DNA of 24,174 bases from a virus (Duplodnaviria > Caudoviricetes), in IMG/VR virus record IMGVR_UViG_3300033487_000040, positions 1-24,174 of that record; one strand, given 5' to 3'. Below are positions 1 to 8,151 of this stretch, one piece after another. Made by a program: the position numbers and the translations under genes. Position 1 is the first letter of the stretch. Each line of letters starts with the position of its first letter. The notes beneath the pieces are model-generated. The model did no database searches, was not told the origin of the DNA, and saw nothing but the letters and a program-made list of their open reading frames with translations.

Positions 1-192
1 GCCTCCGAGCACTACCGCCGTGCCATCGACTCGTACATCAACCGGGCTACCGCCGCTGCCGAAAAGTCTGCTGCCAAGCAGGCCGAGAAAGAGACCGCTG
101 CCGCGCTGGGCGTGGCGAAACCCGGCATCCGCGAGAGCATCCGCACCAAGGAGGAGAAGGCCAAGGCCAAGAAAGTCCAGAAGAAGCTGTGA
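1..192 (+). CDS. 3' end of a hypothetical protein (partial, Lys/Ala-rich C-terminus)
   Basis: Frame 1 is open from base 1 (ASEHYRRAIDSYINRATAAAEKS...KKVQKKL) to TGA at 190-192, with GC3-rich codons like the other real genes. Not in the ORF track. Confidence 0.7.
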   Translation, partial: ASEHYRRAIDSYINRATAAAEKSAAKQAEKETAAALGVAKPGIRESIRTKEEKAKAKKVQKKL

Positions 193-199
193 GGCTGTG

Positions 200-898
200 A
201 TGAGGCTGCGCCCCGTCCGCTGGCTCCGCCGCCTGCTGTCCAAACCCCCCGTGCCCGCGCGGGTGGGGGCCCGGCAGTGGGAGCAGGAGGCCATGCAGGA
301 CATACACAAAAAAGCCAGCTTCTGGCCGGTCTACCGTGCCCACCACGCGTACGTCGGCCCCCCTTTCACCCACGTTCCGCACAACCCGGAGACCAGAGCC
401 ATGGCGACGCCCAACACTTTCGCTGCCCACTCCTCCGCTGCCGGCCTCGGCCCGCCGCTTTCGAGCTCACTGAAAAAGCAGCTGCTCGATCTGGGGGTGT
501 TCAACATCCAAGCCCGTGCCTGTGCCGTCACCGACCCGCACTCGCACCTCGACTCGTTCGTCCGGTTCTCGCTCGAAGCGACGCTGGCCGCGCTCGCCCC
601 CGTGACCAAGCCCCTGATCGACGCGGCGACCGGCAAGCTCATCCATTACCCCTACCTGCCGCTGGAGCGGATCGGGCGTCATGCGCAGAACCGGGCCCCG
701 GACGGATACACGTGGGTGATTCACCTGCTGACCACCTGCTCGACCGTCTCCTATGACCACGCAGCACAGGAGATGAAGTTGCTGGTGGACATGTACATAG
801 CCAGCAAGGGGGTCGTCCAGCCCACGGTCGAGCCCCCCGTCAAGGCGGACACCGTCGTGCCGCCCTCGCGGTCGATGGGCTTCAATGGGATAGTCTGA
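200..898 (+). CDS. hypothetical protein
   Basis: ORF 20..898 re-started at ATG 200 (GAGG at 191-194) to avoid overlap with the upstream gene. Its stop overlaps the next start (TGATG). The true start is uncertain. Confidence 0.55.
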   Translation: MRLRPVRWLRRLLSKPPVPARVGARQWEQEAMQDIHKKASFWPVYRAHHAYVGPPFTHVPHNPETRAMATPNTFAAHSSAAGLGPPLSSSLKKQLLDLGVFNIQARACAVTDPHSHLDSFVRFSLEATLAALAPVTKPLIDAATGKLIHYPYLPLERIGRHAQNRAPDGYTWVIHLLTTCSTVSYDHAAQEMKLLVDMYIASKGVVQPTVEPPVKADTVVPPSRSMGFNGIV

Positions 899-1353
899 TG
901 GACAACGTGGAGCGGCTGTTGACCTATACCAACCCCCCACATTCGGTGCGGCAGCAGATCGCAGACGAGATCAAGGCGCTGCGCGCCGAGCTGGCAACCG
1001 AGCGCAAGCGGCAGTCTGCCATGCGGACGCTGATCACGTCGCTGGAGTCGACTATCTCCCTTTACCGGGACTGGCAGGCCAAGGCGGACGAGGCCGTGCG
1101 GACGCTGGACTCCGAGCGGGAGGCCAACGCCACGCTGACCGCTGAAATAGCGCAGCTGCGCGAGCTGATCGAGCAGTTCTGCAAGAGCCTCACTGCCCGG
1201 GTGAAAGTCGAGAACGAGATCGCCAACATACTGGCCGGTCAGCTGCCCATGCCTGACGCGGCGAAACTGAAGGAGTGGGCGGTGCGCCTCGGCGTGCCGG
1301 AAGAGACACGGGAACAATTCAGGAAAGCAGCGGAGGGAAAGAGCCATGGCTGA
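898..1353 (+). CDS. hypothetical coiled-coil phage protein
   Basis: 151 aa with heptad-like helices (IADEIKALRAELATERKR; LDSEREANATLTAEIAQLRELIE), overlapping both neighbours. Confidence 0.75.
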   Translation: MDNVERLLTYTNPPHSVRQQIADEIKALRAELATERKRQSAMRTLITSLESTISLYRDWQAKADEAVRTLDSEREANATLTAEIAQLRELIEQFCKSLTARVKVENEIANILAGQLPMPDAAKLKEWAVRLGVPEETREQFRKAAEGKSHG

Positions 1354-2005
1354 GCAAGCGAGACCGAAGAAACCGGGGCTGCTAGGGAGCCTGTTTTCCA
1401 ACCCCTATCTGGGCCCGCCGCCGGCCCCCGTCACTGACAAGGAGGCCGAGGACATCATGAAGCAGCTGCAGGAGACCATGCACCGGGTGGCGAACCCCGC
1501 CATGGCGATCTCCCCGGCGACCGGGGCCCCCTACCAGATGGACTTGTTCGGCGATACCCTCGTGCCGGGCAAAGGGCTGCTGGGCCCGGCCACCGTCGGC
1601 AGGAAGGTGAAATTCAGCCCACCGCAGTTCAAGGAACCGGACTTCCCCAAGATGACCCCCGAGCAACGAGCGCAGATGATGATCGACGGGGTCGACCCCG
1701 ATGCCGACGCCCCGACGGTGGACAGCCTGATGCGCTCCCTGATGGAGCTGGAGGTGTCCGACCTCAAGCTCACGCAGGTGTCGGGGGAGTGGGGGGCGGA
1801 GTGCGTGATCCGGGTGCGGTTCGACGATGTGCAGCGGGACTCCCATGGCGACCCCATCCCCTTCCCCACGCACAAGACCGCACGTATGGGCATGGCGATC
1901 TCGGGGGCACCCTCGTGCCGGGAGGCGCTGCAGGAACTCGTCCTTGCAACGCAGCTCTACGTGAGCTCTAAGTCCATCCAGCGGCAGAGGGTGGCGGAGT
2001 CGTAG
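1346..2005 (+). CDS. hypothetical protein
   Basis: 219 aa, GGAGG upstream, typical codon usage. Converges on terL and overlaps it by 38 bp. Confidence 0.7.
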   Translation: MAEQARPKKPGLLGSLFSNPYLGPPPAPVTDKEAEDIMKQLQETMHRVANPAMAISPATGAPYQMDLFGDTLVPGKGLLGPATVGRKVKFSPPQFKEPDFPKMTPEQRAQMMIDGVDPDADAPTVDSLMRSLMELEVSDLKLTQVSGEWGAECVIRVRFDDVQRDSHGDPIPFPTHKTARMGMAISGAPSCREALQELVLATQLYVSSKSIQRQRVAES

Positions 2006-3365
2006 ACCGGCCTGCCATCTTCGACATCACGCGTCCGCGCAGGTTGGCGTTGGTGCCGAGGCAGAGGTATTGGAACGCGTCAGCGAGGTCAGACCACGGA
2101 TGCAGCTTTTCAGGCGTCTCTTCCAAGGTGCGGTCTTTCTTCACCTTGTAGCGGTAGCGGCTGTTCAGGGCGAGGATCAGGTCGTGGCACCCGGTTGGAT
2201 CCAGCAGGACAGCCGGCCCGCCGTTGCGCTGCTGGTTGAAGAAGGACTCTACCGCACGCAGGCGCGGATCAATGCTGTTGGTCATGGCTGGCACCGCCAT
2301 GAAGCCGAGGCGTTTGGCGCACCCTATGACCGACTCCTCGCCGATCTGGCTGCGCTGCGCGCAGGCGGGATCCATTACGAGGAAAGTTGGGTTCGTGACG
2401 AATCGGCGATCCTGAAGTTCTGGCCGAAGAACGGTGTTGAGGAACAGCTCCATCCCCATGTTCTCCGCGTACAGCGCGCGGAAGCCCAGCAGCCGGCTGG
2501 TGTGATCCAGCTGGCCGATGACCGCCGCCGGGTTGCGGCCCGTGTCCAGCCCAACGATCAATGGATAGCCCGGGACGGGGGTGAGGGGGCTGTCCGCCAC
2601 GTGGAATTTCTGGTCGAAGGACTTGCGAAAGACCGCTTGGCCCGAGAGGGACGGGCCGATCTTGTTATGGACGTACTGATCCACCCAGTCTTCGGAGTTC
2701 GACTCCATCAGGTCTTCGTAATACCGGGGTGGGAGGTTCTCCCGGTTCTCGGCCCCGGGCTCGAAAGCCCCCGGCTGGAGGAAGTATTCCCAGTTCGACG
2801 GCAGGTTCTCTTCGAGGAGCGGAAACCACTGCGAGTCCTCGGTGAAGGAGTTGGATTCCATGATCAGCCCGTACCAGAAGTCCTGATCCGCCGCTTTCAA
2901 GACCGCCCGCGATGGGTAACGACCGCACCGCGACAGGACAGCCTGAACGATTTCGGGGTCGATTTCCCGGAACTCGGAGACCCATGCTGCGGTGAGTTCG
3001 AGTGACAGCAGCCTCTGGACGTTCTCGGGCGTGTCCAGTGGAAGCAGCAGCCAGTCTGACTCGACACCCGGCATACGGAGCTGGATCGTCTGGTCGCTGA
3101 CCTTGTAGCTGACGATGGGACGCAGCAGCTGCTGTATGGTCACGAGGTTGGTGGTCTTGAGCTGCTGCAACGTGTTCCGCACGATGACCATCTTGGAGCG
3201 GCGGATGCCATCCTCCTGAACGGGCGCGGCGGTGGCACGTCGCAGCAGCTCCATGACGCAGGCCGTTGACTTGGCCGAGCCCACCGGCCCCCGCACCGCT
3301 CGAACGCGGGCGTCCGACAGCATGAATCTTCGGAGCGTGGGGGGTGGTGTATAGTCGAAATTCAC
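1968..3365 (-). CDS. terL: terminase large subunit
   Basis: Walker A-like RGPVGSAKST, IVRNTxxQLKTT, Walker B-like AAWVSEFRE, RNase H-like nuclease motifs VGLDTG, MDPA and HPWSDLADAFQY. GGAGAG RBS before the GTG start. Confidence 0.93.
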   Translation of the reverse strand: MNFDYTPPPTLRRFMLSDARVRAVRGPVGSAKSTACVMELLRRATAAPVQEDGIRRSKMVIVRNTLQQLKTTNLVTIQQLLRPIVSYKVSDQTIQLRMPGVESDWLLLPLDTPENVQRLLSLELTAAWVSEFREIDPEIVQAVLSRCGRYPSRAVLKAADQDFWYGLIMESNSFTEDSQWFPLLEENLPSNWEYFLQPGAFEPGAENRENLPPRYYEDLMESNSEDWVDQYVHNKIGPSLSGQAVFRKSFDQKFHVADSPLTPVPGYPLIVGLDTGRNPAAVIGQLDHTSRLLGFRALYAENMGMELFLNTVLRPELQDRRFVTNPTFLVMDPACAQRSQIGEESVIGCAKRLGFMAVPAMTNSIDPRLRAVESFFNQQRNGGPAVLLDPTGCHDLILALNSRYRYKVKKDRTLEETPEKLHPWSDLADAFQYLCLGTNANLRGRVMSKMAGRSTTPPPSAAGWT

Positions 3366-3367
3366 GG

Positions 3368-3634
3368 CTACTCTCCGACGATCAGCCAGTCATTCGACAG
3401 CAGATCGGCTTGGCTGGCAAGCCACGGCACGATGGAGCCGTCGGCGGTACGCATGTCGATGTGCGGCAGGTAGGTGACCTCCGTGCCCTCGGGGTAGATA
3501 CCCAAGAGCGGCGGGCGGTTCACCTTGAATACACTGCCCGGCACGAGGAAGAGGAACATCCCCTTGCCGTTCCACCCGATACGACGTACACGCCGACCGG
3601 CCTTGATGTGATCCAGCGCGAGGCCGAAATCCAT
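3368..3634 (-). CDS. tad2: DUF2829 / Tad2-like protein (putative Thoeris anti-defence nucleotide sponge)
   Basis: Family motifs FGLALDHIKAGRRVRRIGWNGKGMF, YLPHIDMRT and VPWLASQADLLSNDW in 88 aa. ATG at 3634 overlaps the upstream stop (TGATG). The family call is strong; the sponge function is inferred. Confidence 0.85.
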   Translation of the reverse strand: MDFGLALDHIKAGRRVRRIGWNGKGMFLFLVPGSVFKVNRPPLLGIYPEGTEVTYLPHIDMRTADGSIVPWLASQADLLSNDWLIVGE

Positions 3635-3768
3635 CACTTCTTGCCCTTACCAGTGCTCTTCTTCAGGAAAGCCGGCATCGGCTTCTTGCCCTTCCCTTTG
3701 CCCTTCATTTCCGCCTTCTCCTCCGCTGCAGTCTCCTTGCCAGCGAACGGGTTCGGTTTCTTTGCCAT
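3634..3768 (-). CDS. small Lys-rich basic protein (44 aa)
   Basis: Read by hand and absent from the ORF track: MAKKPNPFAGKETAAEEKAEMKGKGKGKKPMPAFLKKSTGKGKK*. GGAG lies 8 nt before the ATG, and its TGA is coupled to the DUF2829 start. Confidence 0.75.
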   Translation of the reverse strand: MAKKPNPFAGKETAAEEKAEMKGKGKGKKPMPAFLKKSTGKGKK

Positions 3769-3937
3769 GTCTCAGACTCCATTTGGGGTGTATGCTGCAG
3801 TGCTCACCGCATCCGGGCTTCAGCCACTTCTTGTCTGGCTGAACCCGCTGGGGGCGGCTTCCCCAGCGTATTGCATCGACCTCGCGCCGGAACGCAGCCT
3901 TGAACTCCTCGGTGACTTTAAGGCTGCGCCTCGACAC
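3647..3937 (-). CDS. possible small hypothetical protein
   Basis: Fills the 3769-3943 gap in the operon, but its 3' part overlaps the 44-aa basic ORF in another frame. Confidence 0.3.
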   Translation of the reverse strand: MSRRSLKVTEEFKAAFRREVDAIRWGSRPQRVQPDKKWLKPGCGEHCSIHPKWSLRHGKETEPVRWQGDCSGGEGGNEGQREGQEADAGFPEEEHW

Positions 3938-3943
3938 GGGCTA

Positions 3944-4219
3944 TTAGGACAGGCGCTGGTACAGCCACATGCCGCCTACGCCAGTCGCAACGCCGAGGGC
4001 GTACGACAGCGGGATGGCGACGGCCACGAGCTTCGCCGTGGCATAGTGCGAGACCTTCGCTGCCTCGCCCCACACGTCGACCCACCAGTGCAGACCGCCA
4101 CGCTTGGTCAGCTTGGTGCGCCACGCCTCGCGGACTTGGGCGAACTCCTGCTTGAACTTGTGTATGTCCTTGGCCATGCCGTCGAGATCTTCGGCGTGAT
4201 CCTTTTCACCATCTGCCAT
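3944..4219 (-). CDS. small membrane-anchored hypothetical protein (91 aa)
   Basis: Re-started at ATG 4219 (AAGGAG RBS). C-terminal hydrophobic segment LVAVAIPLSYALGVATGVGGMWLY. Confidence 0.7.
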   Translation of the reverse strand: MADGEKDHAEDLDGMAKDIHKFKQEFAQVREAWRTKLTKRGGLHWWVDVWGEAAKVSHYATAKLVAVAIPLSYALGVATGVGGMWLYQRLS

Positions 4220-4223
4220 GTCA

Positions 4224-4550
4224 TCAGCTCCTTGCTTGGTTACGGGCGGCGGCGTCGAGCAGCCGGCGGTCTTTCTCACGGACGGCAGCGTCGGACGGCC
4301 TGCCGGTACGACGGCGCTCCTCGGGCACCGGGTTGCCGTCGATGTCGAGCACCGGCATGTCCGGGGGAGCCGAGTGCCACGTCGAGCCCCCGTCAATCGA
4401 CACCTGATAGACGCGGGAGGCGATGAACTCGCCGTTGGTGATGGCCAGTTTCTCGGCCTCTTCGACCGGGATGTCGCGCATGAGGTAGAGGGTGGTCTTG
4501 GGCACCAGCCGCTCCTGCCAGCGCCACAGGATCTTCAGGCTTTCGTTCAT
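4224..4550 (-). CDS. hypothetical protein
   Basis: 108 aa, ATGA overlap with the upstream ORF, tiles the operon. Confidence 0.7.
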   Translation of the reverse strand: MNESLKILWRWQERLVPKTTLYLMRDIPVEEAEKLAITNGEFIASRVYQVSIDGGSTWHSAPPDMPVLDIDGNPVPEERRRTGRPSDAAVREKDRRLLDAAARNQARS

Positions 4551-4837
4551 GCAAGGTTCCTCACGACCAGTTTGACGGTGCCATCCTCTCGGTGGCGTTC
4601 CCAGAACACGCGCCGGATGCCTCGCAGGCGCAGCTGGCGCTCGAAATCGCGGTAGGCGTGCCGCGACACCACCCCGTGCAGCCCGGTCACCTCCGCCGTA
4701 TCACCGGCGATGGTCACGTGGGCCGTGGCGGAGAACTCCTTCGTCATGGCGTGCAGCGGAGCCGATGTGTCCACCAGCTCCGTGTACGCGCGCAAGGTGA
4801 GCCCGCCCGCCGGGTCGAATCGGACGTAGGCCCACAT
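4547..4837 (-). CDS. hypothetical alpha/beta protein
   Basis: 96 aa, tiles the operon, with alternating beta-strand and helix patterns. Confidence 0.65.
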   Translation of the reverse strand: MWAYVRFDPAGGLTLRAYTELVDTSAPLHAMTKEFSATAHVTIAGDTAEVTGLHGVVSRHAYRDFERQLRLRGIRRVFWERHREDGTVKLVVRNLA

Positions 4838-4843
4838 CCGCTA

Positions 4844-5257
4844 TCAGCACTTCTTGCCTTTGACCATGCCGCCCTTGTTCATGCCAAGGGCCTTGGCTTC
4901 GGCTTCCTCGATCTTGCTGCGCCCGCTGCGGATGTTCTTGATCGCCGTGGGGACGGTCAGGTCGGGCTTGGGCTTCGGTGCGGGCTTGGGCGCAGGCTTC
5001 TTCACCTCACCGCCCTCGTTGTAGCCGGCTCGCTTGGGCTTGATCGCGAAAGGGCTGGCTTTCATCGCACCGGCGACGACCTTGCCCACCCCGGAATCTT
5101 CCGGCTTGGCCTTCGGTGCGGGCTTGGGCGCGCGCTCCTTGGCCCACTCCTCTTTCGTGCGCAGCGCAGGGATGCGCTCGTCCCGGCCATAGTCGCTGAT
5201 CGAGCGCCCTTTGGCGTCGACGAGGGGTGAGCGTTTCGGGGTAGGGGCCTTGGCCAT
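4844..5257 (-). CDS. Lys/Pro-rich basic protein with two NxGG motifs (possible internal virion or DNA-binding protein)
   Basis: 137 aa with APKPAPK repeats, YNEGGEV and MNKGGMV. AGGAG RBS and TAATG coupling to the TerS-like gene. Confidence 0.75.
   Translation of the reverse strand: MAKAPTPKRSPLVDAKGRSISDYGRDERIPALRTKEEWAKERAPKPAPKAKPEDSGVGKVVAGAMKASPFAIKPKRAGYNEGGEVKKPAPKPAPKPKPDLTVPTAIKNIRSGRSKIEEAEAKALGMNKGGMVKGKKC
4973..5131. repeat. 21-bp direct repeat CTTCGGTGCGGGCTTGGGCGC (encodes APKPAPK on the minus strand)
   Basis: Identical copies at 4973-4993 and 5111-5131. Confidence 0.85.
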
Positions 5258-5736
5258 TAGTCGTCTCCTTGGGCTAGGGCTGGTGCGTCGATAGTGACGT
5301 TGTCACGGCTCCCGGCATCGCCGAGATTGATCGTGATGCTGAACCGCTCCCCCGAGGTGCCGGCGGCGTCGGGCTTGGACAGGCCACTGAGCCGCTCGAA
5401 GGTCTTCACGGCTTCGTTGCGCGCGGCGGCGGGCGTGTCGGGGGACTTGGCGAGGATAAAGTGGGGGTACAGCAGCTCTTCGAGGGCCAGCTTGGCCTTG
5501 ATCTTGATGCGCTCCTCGGCGTTGTCCGCCGAGTCCCAGTTGGCCTTGGCTTCCCGGAGGATGCTGCGGAACTGGAGGTCATTGAGGATGATGCCTACCT
5601 GTTCCTTGGTGAACCCACGACGGCTGAACACCTCGCTGGGCTTGGTCAAACCCGAGGCGATCTCCATGGCCAGAACGGGAGCGAGCTCGTAGAACCGCTC
5701 GTCGATACTGAGCGGGCTTGCGCTCGTGCTTGTCAT
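5257..5736 (-). CDS. putative terminase small subunit
   Basis: 159 aa with an HTH-like N-terminus, a central helical region and a C-terminal beta-strand (ERFSITINLG), as in TerS proteins. First gene of the operon that ends in terL. Confidence 0.6.
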   Translation of the reverse strand: MTSTSASPLSIDERFYELAPVLAMEIASGLTKPSEVFSRRGFTKEQVGIILNDLQFRSILREAKANWDSADNAEERIKIKAKLALEELLYPHFILAKSPDTPAAARNEAVKTFERLSGLSKPDAAGTSGERFSITINLGDAGSRDNVTIDAPALAQGDD

Positions 5737-5745
5737 GTCATAGCC

Positions 5746-5773
5746 TTGACAGCGTTGGATTTACGCGTATGTT
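5746..5773 (+). promoter_or_regulatory. sigma70-like promoter for the structural operon
   Basis: TTGACA (5746-5751), 16-nt spacer, TATGTT (5768-5773), in the AT-rich gap upstream of the portal gene. Confidence 0.55.
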
Positions 5774-5799
5774 GTATATGGGCGAGTTCTATTTGTCAA
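5771..5799 (-). promoter_or_regulatory. sigma70-like promoter for the terminase operon
   Basis: Minus-strand TTGACA (5799-5794), 17-nt spacer, TACAAC (5776-5771), pointing to the TerS-like gene. Confidence 0.55.
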
Positions 5800-5812
5800 T
5801 TCAAGGGGGCTC

Positions 5813-7954
5813 TTGGTGAGTACCGGCGCGCTACAGCTGATCGAGCCGGGCTCCCCGTCAGGGAGTGCGGGGGCCGTCCCCGACCCCAACTTTTCGCCTG
5901 ATTACGCCAACCTCGACGACTACCGGGACGAGGACACCGCCCGCGAGGTGCGCAAGACGCAGCTGGCGTCCCACGTCCGCACCGAGTGGCAGGCCTTCCG
6001 CAGCCATGCCTCGACCATGGGGCTCAAGCAGGCGCTGTTCGCCAACCTGCAGGCCTACAATGGCCGCTACGACACCCAGAAACTGCAGCAGATCCGCCAG
6101 TTCGGCGGCTCCGAGGTCTACGCCCGCCTGTCCACGGTGAAGTGCCGGGGCGCGAGCTCGATGCTGCGGGACGTGTTTCTGGGCCCGAAGCGCCCGTGGG
6201 ACATCGAGCCCACCCCGGTGCCGACAGTGCCCGACCAGATCAAGCAGAACATCGACCAGCTGGTGCAGGCCGAGGCAGCGGCGCTCCAGCAGGCGGGCCA
6301 GCCGGTGGATCCGGGGCTGATCGACCAGCGCCGGCGGCAGCTCAACGAGGCGGCGAACCGCGCGGCGATCAAGACCGCGAAGGATCAGGCCAAGCTCGCA
6401 TCCCGCAAGCTCGACGACATCTTGGTGGAGGGGGGCTTCTACGAGGCGCTGGGCGAGTTCCTCGTGGACTTGCCCATCTTCAAGTTTGCGGTGATCAAGG
6501 GGCCGGTGGTGCGCCAGACCACGGGGCTCAAATGGGTCAACGGGGCCATGCAGTCGGTCACCGAGCCCCGGATGTTCTGGTCGCGGGTCAGCCCGTTCAA
6601 CATGTATTTCACCCCCGGCGCGTCCAGCATCGCCGAGTCCGACATCATCGAGAAGAGCAAGGTCAGCCGCTCCGACCTGAACGCCCTGATCGGCGTCCCG
6701 GGCTACGATGAAGAGGCCATCCGCGCGGCGCTGAGCGACTACGACGCCGGGCTGGTCGACTTCATCGACGACTATGACAGCATGGTGGCGGACGCGGAAA
6801 ACCGCGAAAACCCCCACCTGAACCGCTCTGGCCTGATCGACATGGTCGAGTACCACGGGCGGGTGCGGGGCCAGATGCTGCTGGACTATGGCTTCACCGA
6901 GGAGGAGGTCAACGACCCGCTCCGGGACTATGGGGTCGATGTCTGGCTGGTGGGGCAGCACGTCATCAAGGTGCAGATCAACCCCAACCCCAAGCGCCGC
7001 CACAATTACTACTCCACCAGCTACGAGAAGGTGCCCGGCAGCATCGTCGGCCACAGCCTGATGGAGCTGATACAGGACATTCAGGACGTAGCCAACGCCA
7101 CCCTGCGCTCGCTCGTCAACAACATGTCCATCGCCAGCGGGCCGCAGGTGACGGTCAACGAAGACCGCCTGTCGCCCACCACGGACGCCGACACCCTGTA
7201 CCCGTGGAAACGCTGGCGCATCGTGGCCGACCCGATGCCGACCACCAGCTCGGAGAAGCCCATTGACTTCTTCCAGCCGCAGTCCAACGCACAGGAGCTG
7301 CTCCAGATCTATCGGGCCATGATGGACTTGGCCGACGAGGTCTCGGCCATCCCGCGCTACATTACCGGCTCCAACAACGTCGGCGGCGCGGCGTCCACGG
7401 CCTCCGGCCTGTCCATGCTCATGGGCAACTCGTCCAAGGTGCTCCAGAACGTCGCCGGTCAGATCGACCACGATGTCATGGCCCCGCTGCTGGACGACCT
7501 GTACACCATGGTCATGCTCACCGACACCACCGGGACTCTGCGCGGCGACGAGCGCATAGCGGTCAAGGGCGTGGCGGTGGCCATCCAGAAAGAAACCGAC
7601 CGCATGCGCAAGCTGGAGTTCCTGCAGATCACGGGGAACCCGCTGGACATGCAGATCGTGGGCCTCGAAGGCCGCGCCGCGCTGCTGCGCACCCTTGCAG
7701 ATGACTTAGGCATGCCAGAAGCCGGCGTCGTGCCGTCCGAGGACGAGCTACGGGCCCGACTTGAGCAGCAGTCGGCTCTTGCCCAAGCACAGGAACGTGA
7801 TACATTAGGTGCGTCGCAAGGTGCAGATGAACAAGCACAGGCGCAAGGTGAAGCCAGCAGTCTCGGCAATCCAGCGCCGAAGCCGGGCTCCAGCGGCAAG
7901 GGCCGCATGGGTGCCCAGTTCGACAACATGCACCGCACCAACCCACCGAGATGA
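5813..7954 (+). CDS. portal protein
   Basis: 713 aa, first gene of the head module. Portal-like motifs (VIKGPV, RVSPFNMYF, YEKVPGSIVGHSL, DIQDVANATLRSLVNN, ASTASGLSMLM). AAGGGGG RBS; the start may be GTG 5816. Confidence 0.88.
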   Translation: MVSTGALQLIEPGSPSGSAGAVPDPNFSPDYANLDDYRDEDTAREVRKTQLASHVRTEWQAFRSHASTMGLKQALFANLQAYNGRYDTQKLQQIRQFGGSEVYARLSTVKCRGASSMLRDVFLGPKRPWDIEPTPVPTVPDQIKQNIDQLVQAEAAALQQAGQPVDPGLIDQRRRQLNEAANRAAIKTAKDQAKLASRKLDDILVEGGFYEALGEFLVDLPIFKFAVIKGPVVRQTTGLKWVNGAMQSVTEPRMFWSRVSPFNMYFTPGASSIAESDIIEKSKVSRSDLNALIGVPGYDEEAIRAALSDYDAGLVDFIDDYDSMVADAENRENPHLNRSGLIDMVEYHGRVRGQMLLDYGFTEEEVNDPLRDYGVDVWLVGQHVIKVQINPNPKRRHNYYSTSYEKVPGSIVGHSLMELIQDIQDVANATLRSLVNNMSIASGPQVTVNEDRLSPTTDADTLYPWKRWRIVADPMPTTSSEKPIDFFQPQSNAQELLQIYRAMMDLADEVSAIPRYITGSNNVGGAASTASGLSMLMGNSSKVLQNVAGQIDHDVMAPLLDDLYTMVMLTDTTGTLRGDERIAVKGVAVAIQKETDRMRKLEFLQITGNPLDMQIVGLEGRAALLRTLADDLGMPEAGVVPSEDELRARLEQQSALAQAQERDTLGASQGADEQAQAQGEASSLGNPAPKPGSSGKGRMGAQFDNMHRTNPPR

Positions 7955-7964
7955 GGAGCAGACG

Positions 7965-8147
7965 ATGAAGAGCTACGTGAAATCGGGCCGCGCGCGCCAA
8001 GGCTTCGCCGGCGACCACCACGCCATCCTGCAGCACGGCAGCGGCATCCTCAGTTCGGTGAAAGCACCGAGCTCGAACGACCAGCCGGCCACGCTGAAAG
8101 GCAAGGCATGGAGCTTCGCCAGCAACAAGTCGGCGAAGTGCTGCTGA
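7965..8147 (+). CDS. small basic hypothetical protein (60 aa)
   Basis: GAGGAG RBS before ATG 7965; fills the gap after the portal gene. Confidence 0.65.
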   Translation: MKSYVKSGRARQGFAGDHHAILQHGSGILSSVKAPSSNDQPATLKGKAWSFASNKSAKCC

Positions 8148-8151
8148 GCCG

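Noticed and set aside
5858-7471. Long antisense ORFs (537 aa here; also 9430-10725, 18463-20175 and 2070-3005)
   Set aside because: These are shadow frames of GC3-rich genes on the opposite strand, with no recognisable motifs.
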